A stretch of 62,915 nucleotides of DNA, the filler included, from Dugesia japonica (taxonomy: Eukaryota), in NCBI GenBank assembly GCA_001938525.1. It is 6 parts of 6 records of this genome, joined end to end, with 100 filler letters (N's around TTAATTAATTAA, not from the genome) between each part and the next. Parts side by side here need not be neighbours in the genome. Positions count along the whole stretch, not along the records: positions 22,728 to 32,064 come from MQRL01639377.1; positions 32,165 to 42,867 come from MQRL01635231.1; 4 more parts are not named here. One strand, 5' to 3'. Within the stretch, counting starts at the first letter, position 1. Every line of letters starts with the position of its first letter. Below, in pieces: positions 25,776 to 36,199 of the stretch. The position numbers were made by a program, and so were the translations under genes. The notes below the pieces were generated by a model. The model made no database searches, was not told the origin of the DNA, and worked only from the letters and a program-made list of their open reading frames with translations.

Positions 25776-27449
25776 CTATTAAAATATCCATAAGGAAAAT
25801 CTTTTATGTTAGCTAATCAATCATTTCCTTACATAAACAGGTTGTTATAACCTTATTGGAATAATTGAAAAAGGAGTAATAAAATTTCCATAAAGTAGAA
25901 GAATTATTATTTATGATAATTATGCTGAATGAATAGCTGAAAATTTTTCATGTTTTTTCATATGGGTTAGAATTATATTTCGCCTTTTTAAATGCATTTC
26001 CAGAAAATATTGATTATTAAACTGAAAGGTATTTTTTGCCATTATGTTAACACCTCAGTAAAATGTTATAAAAGTACCTTACCCAAATTAATAAGTTTAA
26101 TAAATTATAAAAAAATTATTTAATTTAAAATTATTATTAAAACATTATTATTAATAAAATATTCTATGAATTTTTTGAAATTTATGAAGTTTTATGAATA
26201 TTATGTTAATTTTAAATTGTCCTATAATTAATTCTTTAACAATAATATATATATTTTATATTGTTAGGAAATTTTGATTGATATTGTTTTTTATTAAATA
26301 TAAATACTTTTTACATTTTATTTTTATTTAATTTACATTTTCAATCGTAAAGTAAGTTTCTATTTATAAAGAAATGTTTTTTTTTCTCATTTTTCCATTT
26401 GATAAAATGTTTTTGTAATTAAGTAATATCCTTAACATGTCTACCCCGCTTTGGCACCCGATAAACGTTTTTTTAAAAAAAAAACAATTAAACAAAACTA
26501 CATAATTACATAATGTAATCATGTCTTTTTATTTTATTTTACTGTTTATTTTGTCTTTTCGGAAATGAAAAATGAAAATTGTCTCAACTTGCCATTTTAC
26601 AATCGATATTTTATTTCAATTCTTTGAACTAAGTTATAATTTTAAAATTCAATTAATTATAAATTCAGTGATTTTCAAAATTATGCATTAATACGCAAAA
26701 GATTGTTCATAAATATAATAAATCTTTATCTGGTTAACTATATTTAACAAATAACATACATTTTTTCTTTAAATTAGGAAAGGGCAATTGTTTTGACTTG
26801 TGGGCCACATTGCGGGTTCCGAGAGAAAACGAGATGCTGTACAAAAAAATTGATACGTTTCGAATTAGCTTTACACTTCGCAAAATTGTATAGATTGCTC
26901 CATTAAAAGATTTATAAATAAAGATCAAAAAGTTTTATTTAAAAATTTAACTCTACTAAATAATTTTTAGATATTTATTTGATAGCATGAAGGAAAAAAA
27001 ATTGTTTGTTATATTTCATTTTTATTCAACAGTAAAAAAAAGGTTTTAATCACAACAAAATTACTATTTAATTGTGACAGTTGCTATAGAATTTTTATCC
27101 TCCAAAAATTACTTGATAATATAACATCGAAATATTCTGACAATATTTATTAATATCTCTATTAAGTTGCAAAAAAACTTATATGAGACATCATATATAT
27201 AAGCCCCTCCTCACCATCGTCATCCCTTGTCATAAATATCTTCCAGCTAAGTGCGTGAAGTCGTTTATGGACGGNCGATGAGAACAAATGGGTTCATAAA
27301 TTTTTTAAGAAAACTAATTCTCCTTTTAATTTGCTTCATTTAAACAAATTTAAACAAATTTTAAATAAAAAAAAATTTCTTAAAACTTTTATCTAAAAGT
27401 TAATATTATTTTTAAATTTAAATAAATCTAATTCTAAACAAAAATTTAG

Positions 27450-28410
27450 ATTGATGGAGTGGCTATGGGCTCTCCTTTGGTTCCGACATTAGCGTCGATT
27501 TTCTTGAATAAGCTTGAAGAACGAATGAACTTGTATTCTTTGAATAAGTCTATTATTTACAAAATATATGTTGACGTTGTTTTCCTTATTTTTGGTAATC
27601 GTGAACATGTTTTGTCTTTTAAAAGTTTTATGAATTCATTACATCCTAATATTAGATGTGGGATATTAAAGGAGGGAAGAAATGGTATTTTGTCTTTTTT
27701 GGATATTTTAATAGAAAGGAAATCAACACATTATGAGGCTGAAATATACAGCAAAAAAAGTGATACTGGCTTGTATGTTATCCCTAATAGTTTTTGTGAT
27801 TCTGCTTATAAAAATAACATGATAAAGGGTTTAGTATTTTGTTCTTGGTCGTTGCCCTCAACTTATTCAAAATTCATTAAAAGCATAGAACATTATTTAA
27901 AGCAAGCAAATAGATATAATAAACAATTTCTAAATTCATTGACTTCGCAGACAATTGACAATATTGATTTCGATAAAAAGATTGAAAATGTATTGAAGCA
28001 TCTTGAACCTGATAAAATTTTATCAAACTGTATTGGGCAATTTGTTTTATCGATCCCATACACCAATTGGTTGTGTTGGTTTGTTTGTCGATTTCAATGT
28101 AATAAATGTGATGCCACACACATTGGAGAGACTTCCCGTCATCTCTGTACAAGGGTTCAAAAGCATAATCGTTTTGATGGTGTTAGTAATATTGCTGAGC
28201 AAAAAAAATTAAGTAATTGTAATGCAAAAAGTTGTTAAAAAATTTTTAAAATTAAGAATTTTAATTTAAAAATTTAGAATTATAGCCGTCTTATATTCAG
28301 TATAACCGCATTAATCTTTCTTTGAATAATACAGACTGAATGAACTCATTTTTTTAATTTTTGTCTGATTATTACAGTTGATTCGTCGAAATATATAACA
28401 ATAAAGTTTT
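27450..28410 (+). mobile_element. 5'-truncated Penelope-like element (RT C-part and GIY-YIG endonuclease)
   Basis: G(V)AMGSPLVPTLASIF, KIYVDVVF (RYVDD), LSFLDILI, FQCNKCDATHIGETSRHLCTRVQKH. Confidence 0.92.
28361..28401 (+). ncRNA. Degenerate minimal type I hammerhead ribozyme in the Penelope pseudo-LTR
   Basis: ttgt-CTGATtA-ttacagttgattcgtc-GAAA-tatat-A-acaa: stem I ttgt/acaa, palindromic ATATAT stem III; core G8 and stem II mutated. Confidence 0.55.
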
Positions 28411-28559
28411 ATTTTAAATGGCGTTACTTATTTTTTATAATTAAAATTATTTTAATGCATTTTAAATACCAAGAGTTTAATACACTGACAAAATTTCAAA
28501 ACTCTTACTTCTCAATATAAAATGTCAGTTTTTCATTCTTATGCTTAATAAATGATAGA

Positions 28560-28820
28560 TGATTTTAAAATTAATTTTATCGATCAAAATAATCACCATT
28601 AGAATCAGTACATTTTTGCTATTGGAAAATAAGTTTATTAATACAAATAACATAAATGTCAGGAGTTTTGGATTCGATGAATTATTGGATAGTATTTCCA
28701 ATGCCCTCTTTATTGGGGAAATATTTCCCTTGCAAAAAGTATCAAGATGTTTGAAAAAATTGAAGTCAGTTGGTAACAGATCTGGAGAGTAAGGTGGTTG
28801 ATGAAATATTTCCAATTCAA
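28560..28820 (-). mobile_element. Mariner transposase 3' fragment
   Basis: HQPPYSPDLLPTDFNFFKHL; tail NGDYFDR* in a shifted frame. Confidence 0.9.
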
Positions 28821-29475
28821 TTTTAAAAAACTTTCGTTGCTAACCTAATCGATTTCGTATATTATAAAAAAGATACGTATCAAACTGATTGCATAATGGA
28901 TTTATATAAATAGGCAAAGCAATTTGAAAATATAGGATATCATATTATTTATAACTTGACAATATTTACTTTAAAAGATTATTAAAATCTTATTTATGAT
29001 AGTTCATATTTAATTACTTATAAAAGTAAATTTTAGAAAACTCAAGACAAAAGCCAACTAAATAAACAAGATAAAATAACAAAATATTTTTATTTAAAAT
29101 ACCATTATTATTCATAGTTGGAATAATTACTCAAAATAAAAGATGTTTCTAAAAATCCGCGTTATTTAGATTCTTAATAAATAAAATATAAATGTTTAAA
29201 TAAAATCAATAATAATGCAAATGCAAATATTCAAACAACTGTTGATAAGAATATAAATGAAATAAACCAAAATAAATTAAATAAACTTTAAAAAAACCAA
29301 CGTTACTTTCCGAACACCTTAAGATCTTTAAAAATCAAATACTTTTTGATGTTTTTAATGGAAATGCTTACCGGAATTGGAATATTTAAATTATTAAGAT
29401 TGATTAAATCGATAACAATTTATTCAAATAGAAAAGATAAAAAAACCATAGCTATAATATAAACAATTTTGATTA

Positions 29476-30142
29476 TTAGGTTGATAACTTAGTATTTTGG
29501 ATTTTTTAAGAGTTAGTATAACTTTTACATTAAACATTATTTCGTATTACATCATTTTAATGTAAAGATATTTTATATTTAAATTTAATGTATCAATATT
29601 CGTGAAATTTATTTTTTTAGTTTCAAACATGTCAAAATTCGTACCAATATTCGGGAAGTATTATTTTTTTGTTTTAATCAAAACAAAAAAGTTGCTGAAA
29701 GTTTTTGGTTTAAACGTTTGCAATGTGATGATTTTGATGTCAGTGTTAAAGAACGTTCTGGTCAACCAAAGAAATTTGAAGAAGAAGATTTGGAAGCATT
29801 ATTGAAGGAAAACTGAGCTCAAACAGAAAAGGAACTTTCAAAACAGTTAAATTTCACTCAAGCAGGCATAAGCAAAATGATTCTAAATGAAGGAAAATGA
29901 ATACCACATGAACTAACACAAGACAACATTGGAAATCGTTTAAAGGTTTGCAATTCTTTGATGATAAGAAATCTTAGATGGCACTATCGCAACGAATTCT
30001 GACTGGTGATAAAAAATGAATTTATTACTATAACCCAAAAAGCAAAAATATTGGATTCATCCAGTCGAGCCATCAACGTCAATACCAATAAACATTCATG
30101 GAGGCTATGATGTGCATTTGGTGGGATCAGAAAGAAGTGTTA
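29476..30142 (+). mobile_element. Mariner 5' portion (Mos1-like), decayed
   Basis: TA|TTAGGTTG TIR-like start; MSKFVP; ERSGQPKKFEEEDLEALL; *IPHELT; ILTGDKK*IYYYNPK; MCIWWDQ. Confidence 0.88.
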
Positions 30143-30191
30143 TAAGTAATGAATATATACTATTTAAGACCATAGGGGTACATAACCTTCG

Positions 30192-30270
30192 AAAAATTTA
30201 GAATGAAAAATCTAGAATGAAATATCTAGAAGGAAAAATCTCGAAATCTCGAATGAAATATTTAAGAGGA
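30192..30270. repeat. Short tandem array (~14-bp unit aatctagaatgaaa) upstream of the Polinton-like ZnF ORF
   Basis: About five degenerate units visible. Confidence 0.7.
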
Positions 30271-30360
30271 ATAACATTTAAGATTAAATTATAAAATAAA
30301 AATTATTAAATTGTTTAACCCCTTTTTAGTGTGTCTATGATTAAATTAATTCTTTAGAAA

Positions 30361-31242
30361 ATGAGTGAAAAAGATATACACAGATGGCCTAATTGTAGAA
30401 AGCTATTTAAAAATTTAGCTGGCTAATGGGACATGCAAGATCTAGAACTTGTTTTAGAAATGGAACATCATTTCAATGCGAGAAATGTCATCGACCATTT
30501 AAAACGGAAAATGGTTTGAGAGAACATTTAAATTCATCACTTTGTGGAAATNNNNNNNNNNNNNNNNNNNNNNNNNNNTTTTGCAATAAAACATTTTCTA
30601 GACAAAATTTAGCAAAGGCACATTACAATTCTGACAAACACAAAGAAAAAGTTAATAGAATTTTTTTGGTCAATTACCAGGTGAAGAAGCAATTGATTTT
30701 GATCCAGAAATTAGAGATCTGTTAAGACAATATAGAGATTATGAAATTGAATATTTTATGGAAAGTAAAGTATCAATGAAAAAAAATGTGGAAGAATTAT
30801 ACGACACACCAGTTAGAGATATTAACACATTTCAAAATGAAGTTAAAGAAATTATTACAAAGTATTTTAATTATGGAAAAAAGATTATTATAAGTATGTC
30901 AGTAAACTGTAAATATACAAAAGAAATAAATAGTGAAAATGTTGAGAAAAATTTTAAATCATATTCAAACAATAAAAGATTTATTATTCAAACTGATATT
31001 GAAAATGGTGTTAATGAAATATTTAATGAATTACAAAGATATATTGAAGATGAAGATCGTGAAGGATCAGGATGGACAATGACACATATTGTGGATTACA
31101 AAATTGATCTTTCTAAATATCAATCATTAGCTGGAGCTACATATTGTACATTACCATTTCACAAACAAGGTGTAATTAACATAGAAAATAAAGATGATAA
31201 TAAATGTTTTCTTTATTCGATTTTAGCACATAAACATTTACT
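30361..31242 (+). mobile_element. Polinton/Maverick-like triple-ZnF plus pPolB N-terminal region, copy 2 (frameshifted)
   Basis: ATG at 30361; zinc fingers; EDREGSGW..KYQSLAGATYCTLP..VINIENKDDNKCFLYSILAHKH. Confidence 0.82.
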
Positions 31243-31379
31243 NNNNNNNNNNNNNNNNNNNNNNNNNNNNNNNNNNNNNNNNNNNNNNNNNNAGATGATT
31301 CTGTCATTGACGGAGTCTGGAGAACTCCTGAAAAGCAGTGAAATCTCTTTAAATTGAAAATAATTAAAAATCAAAACAA

Positions 31380-31538
31380 TTTATGGTAACCACAATGACC
31401 TTGACCTAGTTTCCGTTGCTAAGGTGGTTGCCATGGTAACCAAAAACCTCGATACCGTTGCTAAGGCGGTTGCCATGGAAACAGGGGGTCCCCCACCTCT
31501 TGACCTACTTTGTCCTCGTGTCCTCCTATCTATCTACT
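31380..31538. promoter_or_regulatory. GC-rich island with two RFX X-box palindromes and a DR0 element; candidate element terminus
   Basis: GTTGCCATGGTAAC 31427-31440, GTTGCCATGGAAAC 31469-31482, TGACCTTGACCT 31396-31407, GGGGGTCCCCC, ending CTATCTATCTACT. Confidence 0.55.
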
Positions 31539-32064
31539 TATTAAAAATTTCAAGATGAAGTTAGAGAAATAATTACAAAGTATTATAATTATGGAAAAAA
31601 GATTATTATAAGCATGTCAGTAAACTGTAAATATACAAAAGAAATAAATAGTGAAAATGTTGAGAAAAATTTTAAATCATATTCAAACAATAAAAGATTT
31701 ATTATTCAAACTGATATTGAAAATGGTGTAATTGAAATATTTAATGAATTACAAAAATATATTGAAGACGAAGATCGTGAAGGATCAGGATGGTTAATGT
31801 CACATATTGTTGATTACAAAATTGATCTTTCTAAATATCATTCATTAGCTGGAGCAACATATTGTAAATTACCATTTAGAAAACTCGGTGTAATTAACAT
31901 AGAAAATCAAGATGATAATAAATGTTTTCTTTATTCGATTTTAGCACATAAATATGTACTTGAGCTTCCAACACGTGTAAGTATTTACAATCCACATTTA
32001 ACAGAATTAAAATATAATGGTTTTAAATTTCCCATGAACATTGATGATATAAAAAAATTCGAGA
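31539..32064 (+). mobile_element. Polinton/Maverick-like pPolB N-terminal region, copy 3 (5'-truncated, open to contig end)
   Basis: About ten amino-acid differences from copy 2 over the shared ~115 aa; continues RVSIY..LKYNGFKFPMNIDDIKKFE. Confidence 0.85.
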
Positions 32065-32164
32065 NNNNNNNNNNNNNNNNNNNNNNNNNNNNNNNNNNNN
32101 NNNNNNNNTTAATTAATTAANNNNNNNNNNNNNNNNNNNNNNNNNNNNNNNNNNNNNNNNNNNN
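32065..32164. other. Artificial contig spacer
   Basis: 44 N + TTAATTAATTAA + 44 N. Confidence 0.97.
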
Positions 32165-32640
32165 ATGAGCCATAATCTACAGTAGAGCTTCGATTTAATA
32201 AACACAAATTTGATTAAATCCTTGAGTCTGTATATGGGCGTAGCTACTGGGAAGCAGCTCTTTCGGGCCCGTTTAAAGTTTATTTATTTATATGTATAAA
32301 AATCATATTTAATTAACTTTGTGTTGTTTTTTAGTTTATAAATATTCAAATATCAAATATTTAAAATATAAATATGGTCACGATATTGAATTACATACTC
32401 AGTGCACGATTTTAATAAATACACAACACTATTTAAATCTATTTTTCGTTTGCATGTATTTACTCAATATATTGATTTTATAAAGTATAAGGTCTACAAA
32501 TTGAAAAGGTGCTTATTTAGTAAATGGTTCCAAAGTCACCATTCAACCGAGTTATTTTTGCTAAATGAGTAAAGTTTTAAATATAAATATTCAAAATAAT
32601 GTTTTACAATTGCAATTATTGCGAGATTGATCGTTTTTTA

Positions 32641-32785
32641 GAATTCATTTAAAATAAAAGCTTCCATCAAAAATTTGTTTTTTTTATAGATTGATTAGAT
32701 ATTTTGACTCTGTCTTCGTCAGGAATTGACTTTTTAAATTTAATTTTAAAAATTTTTGATCGAACCTTTTATTTTAAATGAATTC
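32641..32785. mobile_element. 145-bp MITE with ~35-bp imperfect TIRs
   Basis: gaattcatttaaaataaaagcttccatcaaaaattt ... aaatttttgatcgaaccttttattttaaatgaattc. Confidence 0.65.
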
Positions 32786-32951
32786 AAAATAATATGTTCA
32801 AATTTTCCTTCAGGTGTCCATATTTATTATTTTGAGTTTTTACATTCTTTTAAATTTTTTACCTATAGTTATAATTTAATCTGTGATATATTTTAAAATT
32901 ATTGTTGTAAATAAAAATAAATTAATTTTTTATTTTAATTAATTAATTTAG

Positions 32952-33194
32952 GTACTAAATAATTATGCAGTTTGTTGTTTGTATCTTAAAGAAGTTCAAG
33001 AAGCTATATGTATTTTAGAAAATTTACTTCAACGTGGTATTCGAAATGACGGAATTATATTTAATTTATGTATTTTGTATGAATTACAAACTAGTCAAAT
33101 AAAAAGTAAAAAATTGAAAATCGTTAAAAGCCTTGCTCAATTCCCAGGCGATGATTTCAATATTGCAAGTTTCAAATTATCTAATATGGACTGA
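32952..33194 (+). CDS. TRAPPC12: Terminal exon of trafficking protein particle complex subunit 12 (TPR C-terminus)
   Basis: tttag|GTA; VLNNYAVCCLYLKEVQEAICILE...IIFNLCILYELQTS..KK...PGDDFNIASFKL parallels human NNAAVCLLYLG...VLFNLTTMYELES...EGDSFNTQCLKL. Confidence 0.9.
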   Translation, partial: VLNNYAVCCLYLKEVQEAICILENLLQRGIRNDGIIFNLCILYELQTSQIKSKKLKIVKSLAQFPGDDFNIASFKLSNMD

Positions 33195-34253
33195 TAATTT
33201 AAATATGAAAAATTATAAAATAAAGCTAATTATCTTTAAAATCATTTTTTTCATTTAGTTTTGATTGAATGATAATTGTAAATCTATTGAGATAATCAGC
33301 TGGATATTTATTTATTTTTCTAAGCTTTTTTAAATGATCTCATTACTAATTGCTAATTTATTCCCAATCTATTAGGTTACGAATATTTAACTGATAAATA
33401 AAGTGGGTTAAATAAAGCTCATTAAAATATCTACTTATAAGCAATATGGCTTTAGTAAACTTTTAAAATAAATAAAGTAATATTATGAAAATAATTTTTA
33501 TTAGTTATTGCTAATTTTGCGAAAGTATATCAAGTGCATTAATTTTAAGTAATTTTAAAGGAATCCCGATATGAAAACAAGAAATTGAAAACAGAAGTTC
33601 GCAAAGCGAATTTCATTAAACAAAAGAATTTTAATTACAATAACAATAAGGAACTTATTGAAGAAAACATTTTTGCCAGGTTGTACTTTGGTTTCATATA
33701 TGGTGTAACACGCATCTTAAATTTATGAAGTACCGGAAATATTGTGTTTAAAAATTTGAAAATCTAAAAATTGTGTACAAAAAGCAGAGCTATAAATATA
33801 ACTGAAATTTGTAATTTACAATTGTTATTGAAAACATTTCGATTACTAAAAATTGTTAGGGAACGTACAAATATAAAATTTTGACAAAAGATGCTTATTG
33901 AGATACTTTAAAAATTATTGCTATTATAACATTTATGAGTTTCGTGTTGGGCCTCTGCTGTTTCATGTGTGGTTTAGAATTTACCTGATGTGTTTGAGTG
34001 TTCTTGTTATGTAGTGATTTTTGTAAAAATTTGTTTTGAGTATTAGTTTGTCTGTATAAATCTGGTATTGATGATGTTAGATTGACGAATTGATTTGAAC
34101 CTGGGAGTTGAAAATTATTAATTAGATCGACAGTATTGTCAAAAATNNNNNNNNNNNNNNNNNNNNNNCCGTTGATTTTTGACCATTCTACGAAAAGTTA
34201 TTCGACTTTTTCTTTTTTCATGAATAATGATCTTTCTTTTTTGTACTTGTTAA

Positions 34254-35608
34254 CCCTTAACCGCCCAGCAGTGTCTCAGAGACACTGTTTAAATTTCGAT
34301 TTCATAGTACATCTAAAGTTTTGAATGCATACAAAGTAAACATCTTCTAATTTATCACTATAATCTTGTCAACCAAAATTACTTATTGAAGTCATTCAAA
34401 TCAAATTATTACTTTGGCAATTAATAAACGGTTATAAATGTGACACAAAGACCCAGGTGTGTCTGATAGATAGTGTTATAAGGTTAACAGTAATAAAATA
34501 ACCTTGGTGATGTAATTTACTTACACAAATAACTATAAATATAATTTCAATAAATATTGTAAAAAATGTAAGTCAAATCTTATTACTTAAAATCAAATAA
34601 TTTAGACATTTAGAAGTTATTAATAATTTTGGTTGTAACCGAGAAGGAGCTGCTAATTGTATTACATGACTTATATCATGATAATAATTCTGAAAGTGAC
34701 AACTAAGATTTTATCCCAGAAGTAGAAAGTGAGATTGAAGACAATTTTACAGAGGTTGGATCAGAGAAGTGATGAACAGACATGCAGTGACAATGAATAT
34801 CTCCCAACAGAAGAGAAACATGTTTCAAAATCAATTGTCCAATATTTAGGTCCAGACAATTTTCAGCCAATTAGAGGACGAAATATTGAAACTAATATCT
34901 TTGTATTCTGCAAAAAAATGACCTTAGTTTCATATGTTCCAAAAAATAACAGAGCTGTTATTTTGTTATCTACTATGCATCAAAGCAAACAATTTGATGC
35001 TAACTACAAAAATAAATAGGAAATTAATATTTATTATAATAAAACAAAAGGTGGTGTTGATATATGCTTGATATTGTTGGGATCACATCTTTTGTAATAT
35101 AGAAAAAATTGTAGAAGGAAAGTAAAATGCACAGAGAAAACTTTTTCTACGAGAAATAGCAGCCGAATTAGTCAGTCCTCACACTCAGAGACGAGGAAAA
35201 AAGGGTTAACTGAGTTCCACTTGAAAGCCATGTCGGATATTGAAAGTACAAGTCAACAGCAGTTTGAAGATTCAATCGTAAAAGAATCCGCAGTAAAAAG
35301 AAAAAGGTGTCACATGCNNNNNNNNNNNNNNNNNNNNNNNNNNNNNNNNNNNNNNNNNNNNNNNNNNAAAAGAAAAAGGTGTCACATGCCCGTGAAAAAT
35401 TGCAAGGAATTCAAAACAATGTTTAATACATGTAATCAAAACGTTTGTCTTGAACATTTTACAAAAGAAATTCAATGCAAACAGTGTTCTTCTCTGTAAT
35501 AAAAATAAATTTTATTATTTTTTGTTATAATTTAAAAGATTTTCTATNTAGTGTCTGTCAGACACTACTGNGTGGTTTTGGTACAAAAGCTTTTTGGGCG
35601 GTTAAGGG
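34254..35608 (+). mobile_element. Internally deleted piggyBac transposon with both ends
   Basis: TTAA|CCCTTAACCGCCCA ... TGGGCGGTTAAGGG|TTAA (14-bp perfect TIR); subterminal GTGTCT..AGACAC palindromes; SYVPKNNRAVILLSTMH, YYNKTKGGVD and a Cys-rich C-terminus. Confidence 0.96.
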
Positions 35609-35761
35609 TTAATTAATTTTTTCTTAATATTTTCTCGCTTTTATTTCCAATAATTTTAATCAATTTAAATACATTTCAGAATTTTTTCATTATTTTAATT
35701 AATCACCAGTCTTCTTTTTTGTGGGTCTTAATTATTTTTTGTTATTTAATATTATTTTTGG

Positions 35762-36100
35762 TGTTAGTTGAGTTTGGAAAACTCGTCGTATCAGCAATTT
35801 CAAAATTCGAATTCATTATAACACTATTAAAATCAAAACTATAACCAATATTTTTTGTTAAACAAACAAATTAAAATCATGTGTTTTAATTGCTGATCTT
35901 TTTTTCAAAAAATTTCAAAATTGAAACTTTTATTCATTAAAATTAATTTTAACATTTTATTTTATTCATTAATTTTTATTTAAAAGTTTCCGACACAATT
36001 TTAACTGCTTTTAAAATGTTATTTATTAAAATTAATTTTAACGTTTTATTTATTAAAATTAATTTTATCTACTTAAAAACCTTTTATTATTTACTTAAAT
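35762..36100. repeat. LTR-like sequence related to the 5765/6555 LTR end
   Basis: tgttagttgagtttggaaaactcgtcgtatc versus ttagatgagttttgaaaactcatcgcattatc; far boundary uncertain. Confidence 0.4.
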
Positions 36101-36199
36101 TTTCATTAAAAATTTATGACAAAATCTCAGGACACTTATAAAATTGTTAAGCAATTAAGTTAAAAAAGAGTAAAATCCCAAGATTTAAAAAAGTCTTTG

